From positions 1,078 through 65,077 of the forward strand of contig CAYXSR010000003.1 of the NCBI GenBank assembly GCA_964467735.1: 64,000 nt of DNA, in the 5' to 3' direction. Within the stretch, counting starts at the first letter, position 1. Each line of letters starts with the position of its first letter. The notes under the pieces are model-generated. The model was not told the origin of the DNA. It was given only the letters and a program-made list of their open reading frames with translations, and did no database searches. This stretch comes from an uncultured Pseudomonadales bacterium. GTDB taxonomy: Bacteria > Patescibacteriota > Microgenomatia > UBA1400 > CAYXSR01. Positions 18,533-30,281 of this stretch are shown here, in pieces. The translations under genes were made by a program, and so were the position numbers.

Positions 18533-20251
18533 CTAGTGGTTTCGCACCAGCATAGGCAGATAAAGCTTGTTCGGTAAGGCAAGGCCGCTCACTACACGGA
18601 ACCCATTGCTATAACCTTCTACGGTGATTGAACACCGTCCGAAGATGAACAACATTGGTTCTTGGTAGCCAACGGCTACCGTAGTCGCCGTGAACACTGC
18701 GCGAGATTCGGGTATTGGCCAAATATTCCTATAGGGTCTAAAACCCACAATCGAGCCGCCCAGCTCAACGATTTCCTCTCCGCACTCCATATCCCATGGA
18801 GTAAAGAAAGGTGGATTGCCCCAATCATCCTCGATTGCTGCAGTCCAGGTAAAAACCGTGTGAATTTGAACTTCGGAAGGAATCTCCGCCCGCAAGTGTG
18901 TTGCCCGGCCGCCCGGCCGAACCATCAAAAAATGCTTACTTCCAACCCCTTGCCAAGTGAAAGGAATGGTGTAGGTAACGACCTGTCCCGTGGAATTTGG
19001 CGAATCCCAGTAAATAACCGCCGTCTCACCTGACACTGGAGGACTGAACTCTCCCCATTCCATCTCATACCATTTTTCCGGAGAAGATAGAGTTATCTGA
19101 CCCCCATCGCTAAATGTCGCCGTCACTGGTAAGTTTACCAGGTTTTCAAGTTGTCCCCGATAAAACTGCTTGCTGGTACCCTCGATAGCCACCGGGTATG
19201 GCGGTTCTGGCGTCGAGGTTGGCGGCACTGGCGTGGTTGGTGTCGGGGTTGGCTCTTCCGTCCGAAATTCCACTTGTACCGGCAAGCTGCCGGTCACCCA
19301 ATGAGCTAGTTTCGGTGAGTACCACTCGTACTCGATATCCACCGAATAGTTCCCGGGTTGGGCCCCGACTACCTCAAGCATTCCTGTAATGATCTGGCCA
19401 CCGGCCAAAGTGGTCCAAGAAAAGCTTCCGGTGACCGTCACGCCCGCTGGCGCGTTGACGCTGATCCACCCATAGTAACCTGGTAACACCTCGCTGCACG
19501 GCTCCTCCACTGCTTGGGTGGAAGAGATATAGAAGCTATTCCAGTCAGTGAAGTGGACAAAAGTGCCGTTCCAGCTTCCATCCGTTCCCAAGGCGATATC
19601 TCCAAACAAATTGAGGTTATTTTGGCTAGGATCCTCTCCTACCAAAATAGTGTAGTGCTGGTTCCCCTCTCCGTGCGAAAGAATCGCCTGTTGACGCGCA
19701 GCAGTGTAAGGATCACTCGGGTGCGTCGGCTCCCCGTCGCCCACCAAGACCATCCTCCGCTGATCAATCCCCCCGCAGGTGGCCAGTTCACTCCGAGACA
19801 ACTGAATTGCCTCGGCAATGTTAGTCCATCCGCTGGGAGAAACTCCGGTGAGCGCCTGTGCTACTGCGCTAGGATCCGGCGCTCCCATTGGCAGAAGCAC
19901 GCTGGCGGCATCATTGAACACGATATACGCTGCTCTTGCTGATTGACTGATAATTCCTGTGTATTCGACTACTGCTTGCGTAGCCGTATACCAGGAGCCT
20001 GACATGGAGCCCGAGCGATCTAGAACTATGGTTTCGCAGCTTGGAGCCCTACACATCCCGCTCGTGGCCGAAAAGGCCTCAGCTCTAATAATGATCGTTG
20101 CTGTCAGCGGCCAGTTTACTGGATTCGAACTGGCACTCCAGGTCACTGTCCCTTCCTGCGCCGCAATCGGCGCCGAAAAGGCTAACAAAACCAATACCGA
20201 AAGCGTAATGCCACCCAAAAGACTTGCCAACAAACTCCAATACTTCTTCAC
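18533..20251 (-). CDS. GC-rich secreted von Willebrand factor A domain protein with Pro/Thr linker and C-terminal LYLPMLVR tail
   Basis: Signal peptide after GTG 20251 (AGGAGGT SD; alternative in-frame ATG at 20320); MIDAS DRSGSM...T...VGDG; PTPTPTTP linker. Confidence 0.85.
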   Translation of the reverse strand: MKKYWSLLASLLGGITLSVLVLLAFSAPIAAQEGTVTWSASSNPVNWPLTATIIIRAEAFSATSGMCRAPSCETIVLDRSGSMSGSWYTATQAVVEYTGIISQSARAAYIVFNDAASVLLPMGAPDPSAVAQALTGVSPSGWTNIAEAIQLSRSELATCGGIDQRRMVLVGDGEPTHPSDPYTAARQQAILSHGEGNQHYTILVGEDPSQNNLNLFGDIALGTDGSWNGTFVHFTDWNSFYISSTQAVEEPCSEVLPGYYGWISVNAPAGVTVTGSFSWTTLAGGQIITGMLEVVGAQPGNYSVDIEYEWYSPKLAHWVTGSLPVQVEFRTEEPTPTPTTPVPPTSTPEPPYPVAIEGTSKQFYRGQLENLVNLPVTATFSDGGQITLSSPEKWYEMEWGEFSPPVSGETAVIYWDSPNSTGQVVTYTIPFTWQGVGSKHFLMVRPGGRATHLRAEIPSEVQIHTVFTWTAAIEDDWGNPPFFTPWDMECGEEIVELGGSIVGFRPYRNIWPIPESRAVFTATTVAVGYQEPMLFIFGRCSITVEGYSNGFRVVSGLALPNKLYLPMLVRNH

Positions 20252-20257
20252 CGCTTG

Positions 20258-20579
20258 ACCTCCTACATTTTGAGAGCCTTTTGGCTCGGCGGGTAAACAC
20301 TGTTTAACTGTCTTTTCCATTTTCTTTTTTCTCCTTATTGTGAAAGGTTACGAAAAAATTCAGCAATTTCTTGCCCCAATCATAATCACCAAAATCAGTT
20401 TGATAACTATAATTGGAGCAAGAAAAACCATAAAAAGGAGAAAAGTTTTCCCGTATGTTGTTTTGAAATCTGTTTTTAAAGCCGCTTTTAGCTTTTAAAC
20501 AAATTCCAAACCAATTTTTTCAAAGTACATATGTCTTATAGTTTTTTACTATAATACATATTAGGGGTGTATTTTACCA
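20258..20579 (-). promoter_or_regulatory. Extended -10 promoter and long multi-hairpin 5' leader of the vWA gene
   Basis: TGGTAAAAT at 20579-20571; hairpins 20529-20561, ~20463-20510, 20367-20425, 20274-20287. Confidence 0.65.
20444..20455. repeat. 12-bp inverted repeat, copy 2 (AGTTTTCCCGTA)
   Basis: Reverse complement of 18521-18532. Confidence 0.8.
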
Positions 20580-20629
20580 CAAAAATGCAATAAAAACGAA
20601 TAAAACTATAGAATTAAAAAGGAGTTATT

Positions 20630-23152
20630 TTAGCCTGTTTTAGGGCGATGATTACGAAGAAAAGCCCATTTTACAGCTTCTATGCCTAAAACCGTCAAAA
20701 AAGCCTTAAAAATTATTAAAATCCAAAAGTAGGGATGTAAGGGTACTGTTTTTAAGATTAGGTTAAAAAAAGGCAGATACACTCCAACAAAAAGCATCAC
20801 AAATCCTATTCCTACACTAAATATTAAAAAAGTATTAGAAAAAATATTTTCATGCCAGATGTTTTTTCTAAGTGTCTTGCAAGAAAAAATATATAAAAGG
20901 GAGTCCATTGCTAAACCAGCAAAAATGATTGTCCTTATTACTTCTAAGGACAATTGTATCTTCAATAAAAATAAAAATATTAGTAACAGAAGAAAGTCTG
21001 CCATTAGACCAATGATAAAAATTATTATTTTTATTTCTCTATCTAAAATAGAAATATGTTTCGGCCGAGGTGGATCATCCATTAATCCCTCATCTTTTGG
21101 TTCGAAAGCTAAGGCCAAACCTGGCAATCCATCTTCAACTAAATTTACCCAAAGAATTTGGGCTGGTAATAAAGGGCTTGGTAACCCCAGTAAAAGACTT
21201 CCGCCAATTAAAACTACTTCGGTAAAACTATCAGATAAAAGATATAAAACAACTTTTTTAATATTTTCAAAAATCCCTCTTCCTTCCTCTACTGCCGCCA
21301 CAATTGTTTTAAAGTTTGAGTCCAATAAAACCATATCTGCCGTTTCTTTAGCTACTTCTGAAGCTTCTCCTACCACCACTCCAATATCCGATTTTTTTAA
21401 AGCCAATGCATCGTTTACCCCATCACCCATCATCGCCACAGAATGGCCTTTAGTTTGAAGTGCCTCAACAATTCTTATTTTTTGTTCTGGTGTTGTCCGA
21501 ACAAATAAAACGATTTCATCAATTCTATGAATCAACTCCTCTTCAGAAATCTTTTCTAATTCCCATCCTTCCATAATTTGTTCATCTCTAATATCCCCGT
21601 CATTTATTTCTAATCTATCTAGAATTGCCCGTGCAGTATTTAGGTAATCTCCGGTGATAACTTTTACTTCAATTCCAGCTTTCTTACATAATTGCAAAGA
21701 TTCCTTTACTTCTGTTCTTACTGGATCCTCAAACAATAATAAACCTAACCACTCTAATTTAAAATTCTTCCAAACAGATTTTGTTTTATTACCATAGCCT
21801 CCAAGTTTTTTTAATTTAGTAAAGATGCTCTTCATTTTTTTCAAATTTCCGCTGGTATAGCTAAAAGCGACTACTCGAAGCCCTTTTTTAGTGAAATGGT
21901 CGAGCTTAGTCAACCATTTCTCTTTGTCTTTTTTGCTCAGATCAGACATTTCCATAACCATTTCCGGGGCACCCGATAAAAAAATATCAGCTTTTGGTGG
22001 TGATTTCTGTCTGTTTAAAGTAGCAATAAATTTCTTTTCCGAAGAAAAAGGAATTTCATCAACTCTAGAATTTGCCAATAAAAGATTTTCTCCATCTGAT
22101 TTTAATTTTGCTTTAGCCCAATCCATCATCGCTATTTCTAATGGATTAATCATATTGTTACACAATATTGCCCCTTTTATTCCTTTAGTCTTGTTAACAA
22201 ATTCTGCCTCTACCACTCTCATTTTCCCTTCAGTCAAAGTACCTGTTTTATCGGTACAAATAACATCGACTGAACCTAATGTTTCGGCCGCCAAGAGCTT
22301 ACGTACCAAACTTTTTCTCTGTAAAATTCTTTGCATTCCTAAAGTTAAAATAACTGTTAAAGAAACTACTAAGCCTTCTGGAATAGCGGCTACAGCCACT
22401 GCCACTGATAAAGTAAAAATTTCAATAAAACTTCTCCCTCGCCAAAGGCCTTCAAAAAAAATAATGACACAAATCAAGCTAAAAATAATTGCTAAGACTT
22501 TTGAAAATTTAGCAATTTGTTTTTTAAGAGGTGTTTCTTCTTCGTCAGTCTTCTCAAGTTTACCAGCAATTTTTCCCATTTTTGTTAATAAACCCGTCTT
22601 TGTTACCTTCATTTTTCCTCTACCTGAAACTATTACTGTTCCCATAAATACTTCTTGCTTTATATTTTTTTTCACTGGCGCACTTTCTCCAGTTAAAATC
22701 GCCTCGTTTATATGAATATCTACTTCTTTTAGTAAAACACCATCAACCGGCACTTTATCTCCAGTTGACAAAATTACTACATCACCAGGCACTAATTTTG
22801 TGGCTTCAATTATGTCTTGTTTCCCATCTCTAATAACCTTTGCATGAGGAACTAATAGATCTTTTAAAGCAATTAAGGCTTTTTCTGCTTTAAATTCCTG
22901 AGCAAAACCTAAAATTGTATTTACTCCCACAGCCATAAAAATAACAACTGAATCTGTCCATTCTTTTAGAAATAAAGTAATTAAACCAGCAAAAAACAAA
23001 ATGTAGATTAATGGGGAAGAAAATTGATTAAATAAAAGTTTTAGCCAACGAACTCTCTTTTTAAGACTAATTTCATTAAGTCCATATTTTTCTAATCTTT
23101 TTTTTGCTTCTTGAGAAGTAAGACCAACGGAATCTATTTTTGACTCATTCAT
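20630..23152 (-). CDS. P-type cation (Ca2+-like, type II) ATPase
   Basis: TGES, IPEGL, DKTGT, GDGVND, QILWVNL. Confidence 0.93.
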   Translation of the reverse strand: MNESKIDSVGLTSQEAKKRLEKYGLNEISLKKRVRWLKLLFNQFSSPLIYILFFAGLITLFLKEWTDSVVIFMAVGVNTILGFAQEFKAEKALIALKDLLVPHAKVIRDGKQDIIEATKLVPGDVVILSTGDKVPVDGVLLKEVDIHINEAILTGESAPVKKNIKQEVFMGTVIVSGRGKMKVTKTGLLTKMGKIAGKLEKTDEEETPLKKQIAKFSKVLAIIFSLICVIIFFEGLWRGRSFIEIFTLSVAVAVAAIPEGLVVSLTVILTLGMQRILQRKSLVRKLLAAETLGSVDVICTDKTGTLTEGKMRVVEAEFVNKTKGIKGAILCNNMINPLEIAMMDWAKAKLKSDGENLLLANSRVDEIPFSSEKKFIATLNRQKSPPKADIFLSGAPEMVMEMSDLSKKDKEKWLTKLDHFTKKGLRVVAFSYTSGNLKKMKSIFTKLKKLGGYGNKTKSVWKNFKLEWLGLLLFEDPVRTEVKESLQLCKKAGIEVKVITGDYLNTARAILDRLEINDGDIRDEQIMEGWELEKISEEELIHRIDEIVLFVRTTPEQKIRIVEALQTKGHSVAMMGDGVNDALALKKSDIGVVVGEASEVAKETADMVLLDSNFKTIVAAVEEGRGIFENIKKVVLYLLSDSFTEVVLIGGSLLLGLPSPLLPAQILWVNLVEDGLPGLALAFEPKDEGLMDDPPRPKHISILDREIKIIIFIIGLMADFLLLLIFLFLLKIQLSLEVIRTIIFAGLAMDSLLYIFSCKTLRKNIWHENIFSNTFLIFSVGIGFVMLFVGVYLPFFNLILKTVPLHPYFWILIIFKAFLTVLGIEAVKWAFLRNHRPKTG

Positions 23153-23191
23153 ATTTTAATACTAACAGAAGGTTAAAGCTTTGGGCAATTA

Positions 23192-24958
23192 TTATTTGTT
23201 CGTGCTAGCTAATTTTTCAAGTTCTTTTAACGAAATTGACTCTTGTGATTTCTTATCATCTCTAAATCTTTTTAAACGAGGAAATCTTAAAGCTAATCCA
23301 GCTGTATGAATTGGTGATTTAGTAATGGTATCTGCCTCAATTTCTACAACTAATTCTGGTTTACACCAAATATCAGGTCTTAAATTTTTATCAATTTTGT
23401 ATTCTTTTGGTTGATCTTTTATTTTTATTTTTTCACAGCGTTCATACATTTCTCTCCATTGCTCATCAGTTAACCCAGTGCCAATTTTAGAAACGCTTAA
23501 AATTTGATTTTTCGAAATAATCCCAACTAAAAATGCTCCAATACCGAATGATGCTCTTTTTCCTTTTCCCCGATAATAACCCATTACTATACAATCGATT
23601 GTATCTGCGAGTTCTGATTTCATTCCTGCTTTATACTTTACCCAGTTATAATTCCGACTACCAGCCTGATAGACAGCATTAATTTTTTTTGCCATCAAAC
23701 CCTCTAAACCTTCGCCGACAACCTGTTTGAAAAAAACATCAAAATCTTTCGCTTTACTGACTATCTTTTGTTCAGTTAAAATAATCCCTTTTTCTTCACC
23801 TTTGCTCTTATTTAAAACTTCTTCTAATAGCTTCCGCCTGTTCTTAAAAGAGTCTAACAGTAAGGCTTGATTATTCAAAAAAAGTAAATCAAAAACAAAA
23901 ACTTTTAAGGGTAGTTCTTTAATTTTCTTTCCTATCCCGTGTTTTCTTTTTCGCTGAACTGTTTCTTGGAAAGGCAAAAAATCGCCAGTTTTAGGATTAT
24001 AAGCAATTGCTTCACCATCCAAAATTGCATTTTTAATTTTTAACTTATAGGCTGCTTCAACAATGTCTGGAAACATGTGAGTTGTATTTTCTAGATTTCT
24101 GGAAAAAATTCTAACAAAAAATTGTTTTTTACCTTGAAAAAGGTTTAAGTTAGTGTCTTTCTTCAAACTCATTTTTTTTGTTTTATCAATATGAATTTGA
24201 CAACGAAAACCATCATATTTTGGCTCTAAGGCACATTTACCATCCATTTTTTCTAAAATTTTGCTTGGCTCTGTTAGTCTTTCAGCTAAAGCAGCTCGAA
24301 TCGGTGTTCCAATTTCACTTTTTATTTTCTTTATTCCATTTATTCCCTTCCCTTTAAAAATTCTAGCTATTTTGCCAATATCAGCCAAAACATTAAAAGC
24401 TTTTTCCAAGTCTTTCCGTAATGATTTATCCCCTTTTTTCATCCAAGATAGGGCATCCAAAATTGTCATATCAGAAAATCCCAAACGAAGTTTATTTACT
24501 GGCATTCTTACTATATATTTACCGCTCAAAGAGTCTAAACTATCCAAAAGTTGGGTAGTTTCTTTTATCTTTCTTTCTACTGAACCCTCACCTGAATCTT
24601 GAGCAATTTCTAATAATTTTTGGTAAACAGCCGTCACTGTCAATTTAGATTTTTTTGTTTTCGGTTTTAAGTTATAGAATAGATCTCCTAAGTCTCCTGT
24701 TTTTTTGAATTCTTTGGTTACTTTTTTTTCATCTCCTTTTAAAGATCGAGCAATACTTCTAATTACCATTTTTTCTGCCATATTAAACTCAATTCCTTCA
24801 TATTTTGGCGCCAATTGACCTCGACAAAGATAACAGACTTTATCAATCTCTTCTGGAGGACAACTCTTAAACAATTTTGCCAAAATCTCAGTCATTTGGT
24901 TTCGAGAAGCAGTTTTTTCTAATTGGAAAAAAAATGAAGCCAGCTGTTGAAACAACAT
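23192..24958 (-). CDS. ATP-dependent DNA ligase, archaeal/eukaryotic type with N-terminal DNA-binding domain
   Basis: EPKYDGFR, DGE, FDLL, EGLMAK, WVKYK, LRFPR. Confidence 0.93.
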   Translation of the reverse strand: MLFQQLASFFFQLEKTASRNQMTEILAKLFKSCPPEEIDKVCYLCRGQLAPKYEGIEFNMAEKMVIRSIARSLKGDEKKVTKEFKKTGDLGDLFYNLKPKTKKSKLTVTAVYQKLLEIAQDSGEGSVERKIKETTQLLDSLDSLSGKYIVRMPVNKLRLGFSDMTILDALSWMKKGDKSLRKDLEKAFNVLADIGKIARIFKGKGINGIKKIKSEIGTPIRAALAERLTEPSKILEKMDGKCALEPKYDGFRCQIHIDKTKKMSLKKDTNLNLFQGKKQFFVRIFSRNLENTTHMFPDIVEAAYKLKIKNAILDGEAIAYNPKTGDFLPFQETVQRKRKHGIGKKIKELPLKVFVFDLLFLNNQALLLDSFKNRRKLLEEVLNKSKGEEKGIILTEQKIVSKAKDFDVFFKQVVGEGLEGLMAKKINAVYQAGSRNYNWVKYKAGMKSELADTIDCIVMGYYRGKGKRASFGIGAFLVGIISKNQILSVSKIGTGLTDEQWREMYERCEKIKIKDQPKEYKIDKNLRPDIWCKPELVVEIEADTITKSPIHTAGLALRFPRLKRFRDDKKSQESISLKELEKLASTNK

Positions 24959-24965
24959 ATCTTTA

Positions 24966-26039
24966 TCAATGACTTAAAAAATAATGAGCCGCTTTAGTTT
25001 TGCCTTTCTTCTTCAATATACCTTTTTTCATTAGGTCTTTCAAATCTCGGAGAATGGTATCTTCAGAGACCATTGGTAAAATTTTTCTTGCCTCTCTCAT
25101 GAATAATTTTTCATTACTTTTAAGATATTCAACAATAGTTATTTGTCTTTCAGAAAGAGCAATCTGTCTGCCAAGCCGATCGCGAAATTTTTTATCCAAA
25201 GAAAGTTGTTTTACCTTCTCTTTTACACGAGTCAGTTCAATCGCCAAGGCTTCAGTAAAATATTCAAGCCAACCTGTTAAATCGCCTTTTAAGTGCTCAA
25301 CAGACTGTAAAGCATAATAATAAGCGGCGGCATCTTTATCAAAATGTTCCTCAATTGAAAAAAGCCGGCGGATATCATAGTCTTCTGCAAAAAGAATTAA
25401 GGTCGCAAATGCCCGGGCTACTCGACCATTACCATCAATAAAAGGATGAATTCTAGCCAATTCATAATGAGCAATTCCTGCTCTTAAAACCGGATGAATA
25501 TCTCTTGATGTTGATGAATTAAGCCATTTAAAAAAATCCTCCATTTGAAACGAAACTTCGATGGCTAGTGGTGGCCGGAAAGCTACCTCTCCAGTAATTC
25601 CATTTCTAATTACCACTTGCGTATTTCTATATTTTCCAGATCTATCCTCTGATAAAATTTTTTCAACTGTTTTTTTATGAATCTCTTTTAGTGTTTTTTG
25701 TTTATAAGTAATCTTTTCGTTCTTTTTTAATTTTTTAGCTTCTTTTTTTCCTAATTTACCGATTAATTGTAAAACGTTGCGATAATTAATAATTTCTTGA
25801 ATATCTCTTTCACGACCCGTTACCTCTTCTCCTTCAATCACTTTTTTTGCTTGAGTAAAAGAAAGTTCGTTACCTTCTATATGAGTTCCGTAATGAATTG
25901 TTCTTATTTGGGCTTCTTTTTGAAATTGAGCTTCCCAAGCAGGAATTAAAGGAGCCTCATTGATAATCTCCTTACAAGCTTCAATGACGCCAATACTTTT
26001 AAGAACTTTATTGGTAATCTTAAATTTTGGAGAAAACAT
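24966..26039 (-). CDS. Fic family protein with C-terminal wHTH
   Basis: HPFIDGNGRVAR; SEDTILRDLKDL. Confidence 0.92.
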   Translation of the reverse strand: MFSPKFKITNKVLKSIGVIEACKEIINEAPLIPAWEAQFQKEAQIRTIHYGTHIEGNELSFTQAKKVIEGEEVTGRERDIQEIINYRNVLQLIGKLGKKEAKKLKKNEKITYKQKTLKEIHKKTVEKILSEDRSGKYRNTQVVIRNGITGEVAFRPPLAIEVSFQMEDFFKWLNSSTSRDIHPVLRAGIAHYELARIHPFIDGNGRVARAFATLILFAEDYDIRRLFSIEEHFDKDAAAYYYALQSVEHLKGDLTGWLEYFTEALAIELTRVKEKVKQLSLDKKFRDRLGRQIALSERQITIVEYLKSNEKLFMREARKILPMVSEDTILRDLKDLMKKGILKKKGKTKAAHYFLSH

Positions 26040-26085
26040 AATTTGGTTTAATAATTATTGCACAAATTGCGGAAAAAGCCAATCA

Positions 26086-26655
26086 TCAGGAACTAAAGTT
26101 TATTTGTTCTATCGGAAAATACTGAGATCCTAAACGAGATAACTTACTTTCATAAATCTTTATATTATCGATTAATATTTTACTTTTAAAATTAAGTTCC
26201 CTTAAGGCCTTCATTTGTCGACCGATTTCTTTCCTTTGAGCTACTCTTACTCTCTTAATCCTACCTAAAGTAATATGGGGTGTAAAAAGTTTATCACTAA
26301 TCTTAAACCCTTTGTTTTTTAACTTTTTATTAATTGTTTTTTGTAAGAAAGCGAGTCTTTTTAAATCACCTTTTAAACCAATCCAAATAATTCTGGGCCA
26401 GTCAAAATCAGGAAAAACACCTAAACCTTTAAATAAAAGTATGAACGGTTGGGTTTCTCTGACTACTTGTCTACAAATTTTTTTTATTTCTAGCAATTTC
26501 TCTTTTTCAATATTTCCTAAAAAAACTAAAGTCTGATGAAGTTTATCGGGCTTTTCCCATCTAACATCCCAACCCTTTTTTGATAGTTTTTTTAAAAGCT
26601 GCTCTATTTCTTTTTTGGCTTGATCAGACAAGTCAACGCTAATAAAAACTCTCAT
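26086..26655 (-). CDS. thpR: RNA 2',3'-cyclic phosphodiesterase (2H family)
   Basis: LHQTLVFLG and PHITLGR. Confidence 0.9.
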   Translation of the reverse strand: MRVFISVDLSDQAKKEIEQLLKKLSKKGWDVRWEKPDKLHQTLVFLGNIEKEKLLEIKKICRQVVRETQPFILLFKGLGVFPDFDWPRIIWIGLKGDLKRLAFLQKTINKKLKNKGFKISDKLFTPHITLGRIKRVRVAQRKEIGRQMKALRELNFKSKILIDNIKIYESKLSRLGSQYFPIEQINFSS

Positions 26656-26664
26656 TTAGATAAA

Positions 26665-27885
26665 TTATGCTCCGTAAAGTTCTGACCTCCCCAAAAGATC
26701 AATAATAATTGGCATTATATTTACGCCTCTTAATTGACCTAAACCACCTTGAACACAGTCTCTCTCACCAAAGGAGCTGACTTTATCTGTCCTAACAGAT
26801 TTGTTCCAAATCAAAACTGGCACTGGATCAGCACTGTGAGCTTTCAACTCACAAGGCGTAGTATGATCAGCGGTTATTACTATTAGGGCATCTTTCAATT
26901 GTGTTAAGAGTTCTATCGCCTGATCAATTTTCTCAATAAACTCTTTTTTTGCTTGACAGTTACCATCCTCCCCTAAAGTATCTGCTCCTTTAAAATGAAC
27001 AAAAAAGAAATCAAATTTACTATATACTTTCTTTAACTCGTCAATTTTAACTTTAAGATTAGAGTCTGGTTTTCCAGTTGCTCCTTTTAAATCTGGGGTT
27101 ACCATTCCTAATATTTTCCCTATTCCCTTATAAAGACCAGCACCTGCTAGGCAAACAGCTTTCAAACCATATTTTTCCTCAAAAGAGGGCAGTTCGGGAA
27201 AAACACCAGCTCCGCGAACTAAAATGAAATTAGCTGGTAATTTTCCAGCTTTCTCTCTTTGTTTATTAGAAGGTAAATCTTTTAATTTCTCATGAGTTAA
27301 TTTTAAAAATTTATTTAAAACCGCGGCAGTAAAATCTGCTTCTTTACTACCATCAGTACCTTTTACTTTATGAACCTTTTCACCTACCTCATGAGGATCA
27401 GCATCAATTATTTTTGAGCTTAAACCTTTTCCTCTCATTATTAACCCTACTCGGTGACCAGTTCCTTTTTTAAGTAAAAAGACTACTCCATCAACTACCA
27501 TTCCGTTAAAAAGATTAGCAAATTCAGAAGTATCATCAATTCTTCCTGCTCGCCTATCAATTACTGTCATTTTCTCGTCTACTGTTCCCATATTCGCTCG
27601 GAAACAAATATCTCCTGGCTTCATTTCCATATTAATGCCCGCAGTTTCAAAAGGACCCCTGCCAGTATAGTAAATCTTGGGATCATAACCAAATAAACCC
27701 AAATGAGAAGTGTCACTTCCCGGCCGAATACCAATTCCTACAGTGTGGACTAAACCACAAATTCCTTCTTTAGCTAAACGATCTAGGTTGGGTGTATTGG
27801 CGGCCTCTAAAGGAGTTTTTCCTCCAAGGTCTTGAATCGGTCGATCGCCCAGCCCATCACAAACAATGAAAATTACTTTAGTCAT
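26665..27885 (-). CDS. apgM: Cofactor-independent phosphoglycerate mutase, archaeal type
   Basis: DGLGDRP, TPLEAA.TP, PGSD, GRGPFE, DRRAGRI, TADHTTP. Confidence 0.92.
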   Translation of the reverse strand: MTKVIFIVCDGLGDRPIQDLGGKTPLEAANTPNLDRLAKEGICGLVHTVGIGIRPGSDTSHLGLFGYDPKIYYTGRGPFETAGINMEMKPGDICFRANMGTVDEKMTVIDRRAGRIDDTSEFANLFNGMVVDGVVFLLKKGTGHRVGLIMRGKGLSSKIIDADPHEVGEKVHKVKGTDGSKEADFTAAVLNKFLKLTHEKLKDLPSNKQREKAGKLPANFILVRGAGVFPELPSFEEKYGLKAVCLAGAGLYKGIGKILGMVTPDLKGATGKPDSNLKVKIDELKKVYSKFDFFFVHFKGADTLGEDGNCQAKKEFIEKIDQAIELLTQLKDALIVITADHTTPCELKAHSADPVPVLIWNKSVRTDKVSSFGERDCVQGGLGQLRGVNIMPIIIDLLGRSELYGA

Positions 27886-27913
27886 CTTGCCTCCCTTTTT
27901 TAATAAATGCTTT

Positions 27914-30278
<2,365 letters not shown>

Positions 30279-30281
30279 AAT

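Noticed and set aside
18662-20300. Several alternative-frame ORFs inside the vWA gene
   Set aside because: Expected from high GC; no motifs or RBS.
20544-20571. dif-like 28-mer TACACCCCTAA-TATGTA-TTATAGTAAAA (minus strand)
   Set aside because: Only partial match, largely explained by the 20529-20561 hairpin and promoter; no gene-orientation switch and no convincing partner site.
20859-22715. Long antisense ORFs (199 and 274 aa) and similar shadows elsewhere
   Set aside because: Antisense to well-supported genes and lacking motifs.
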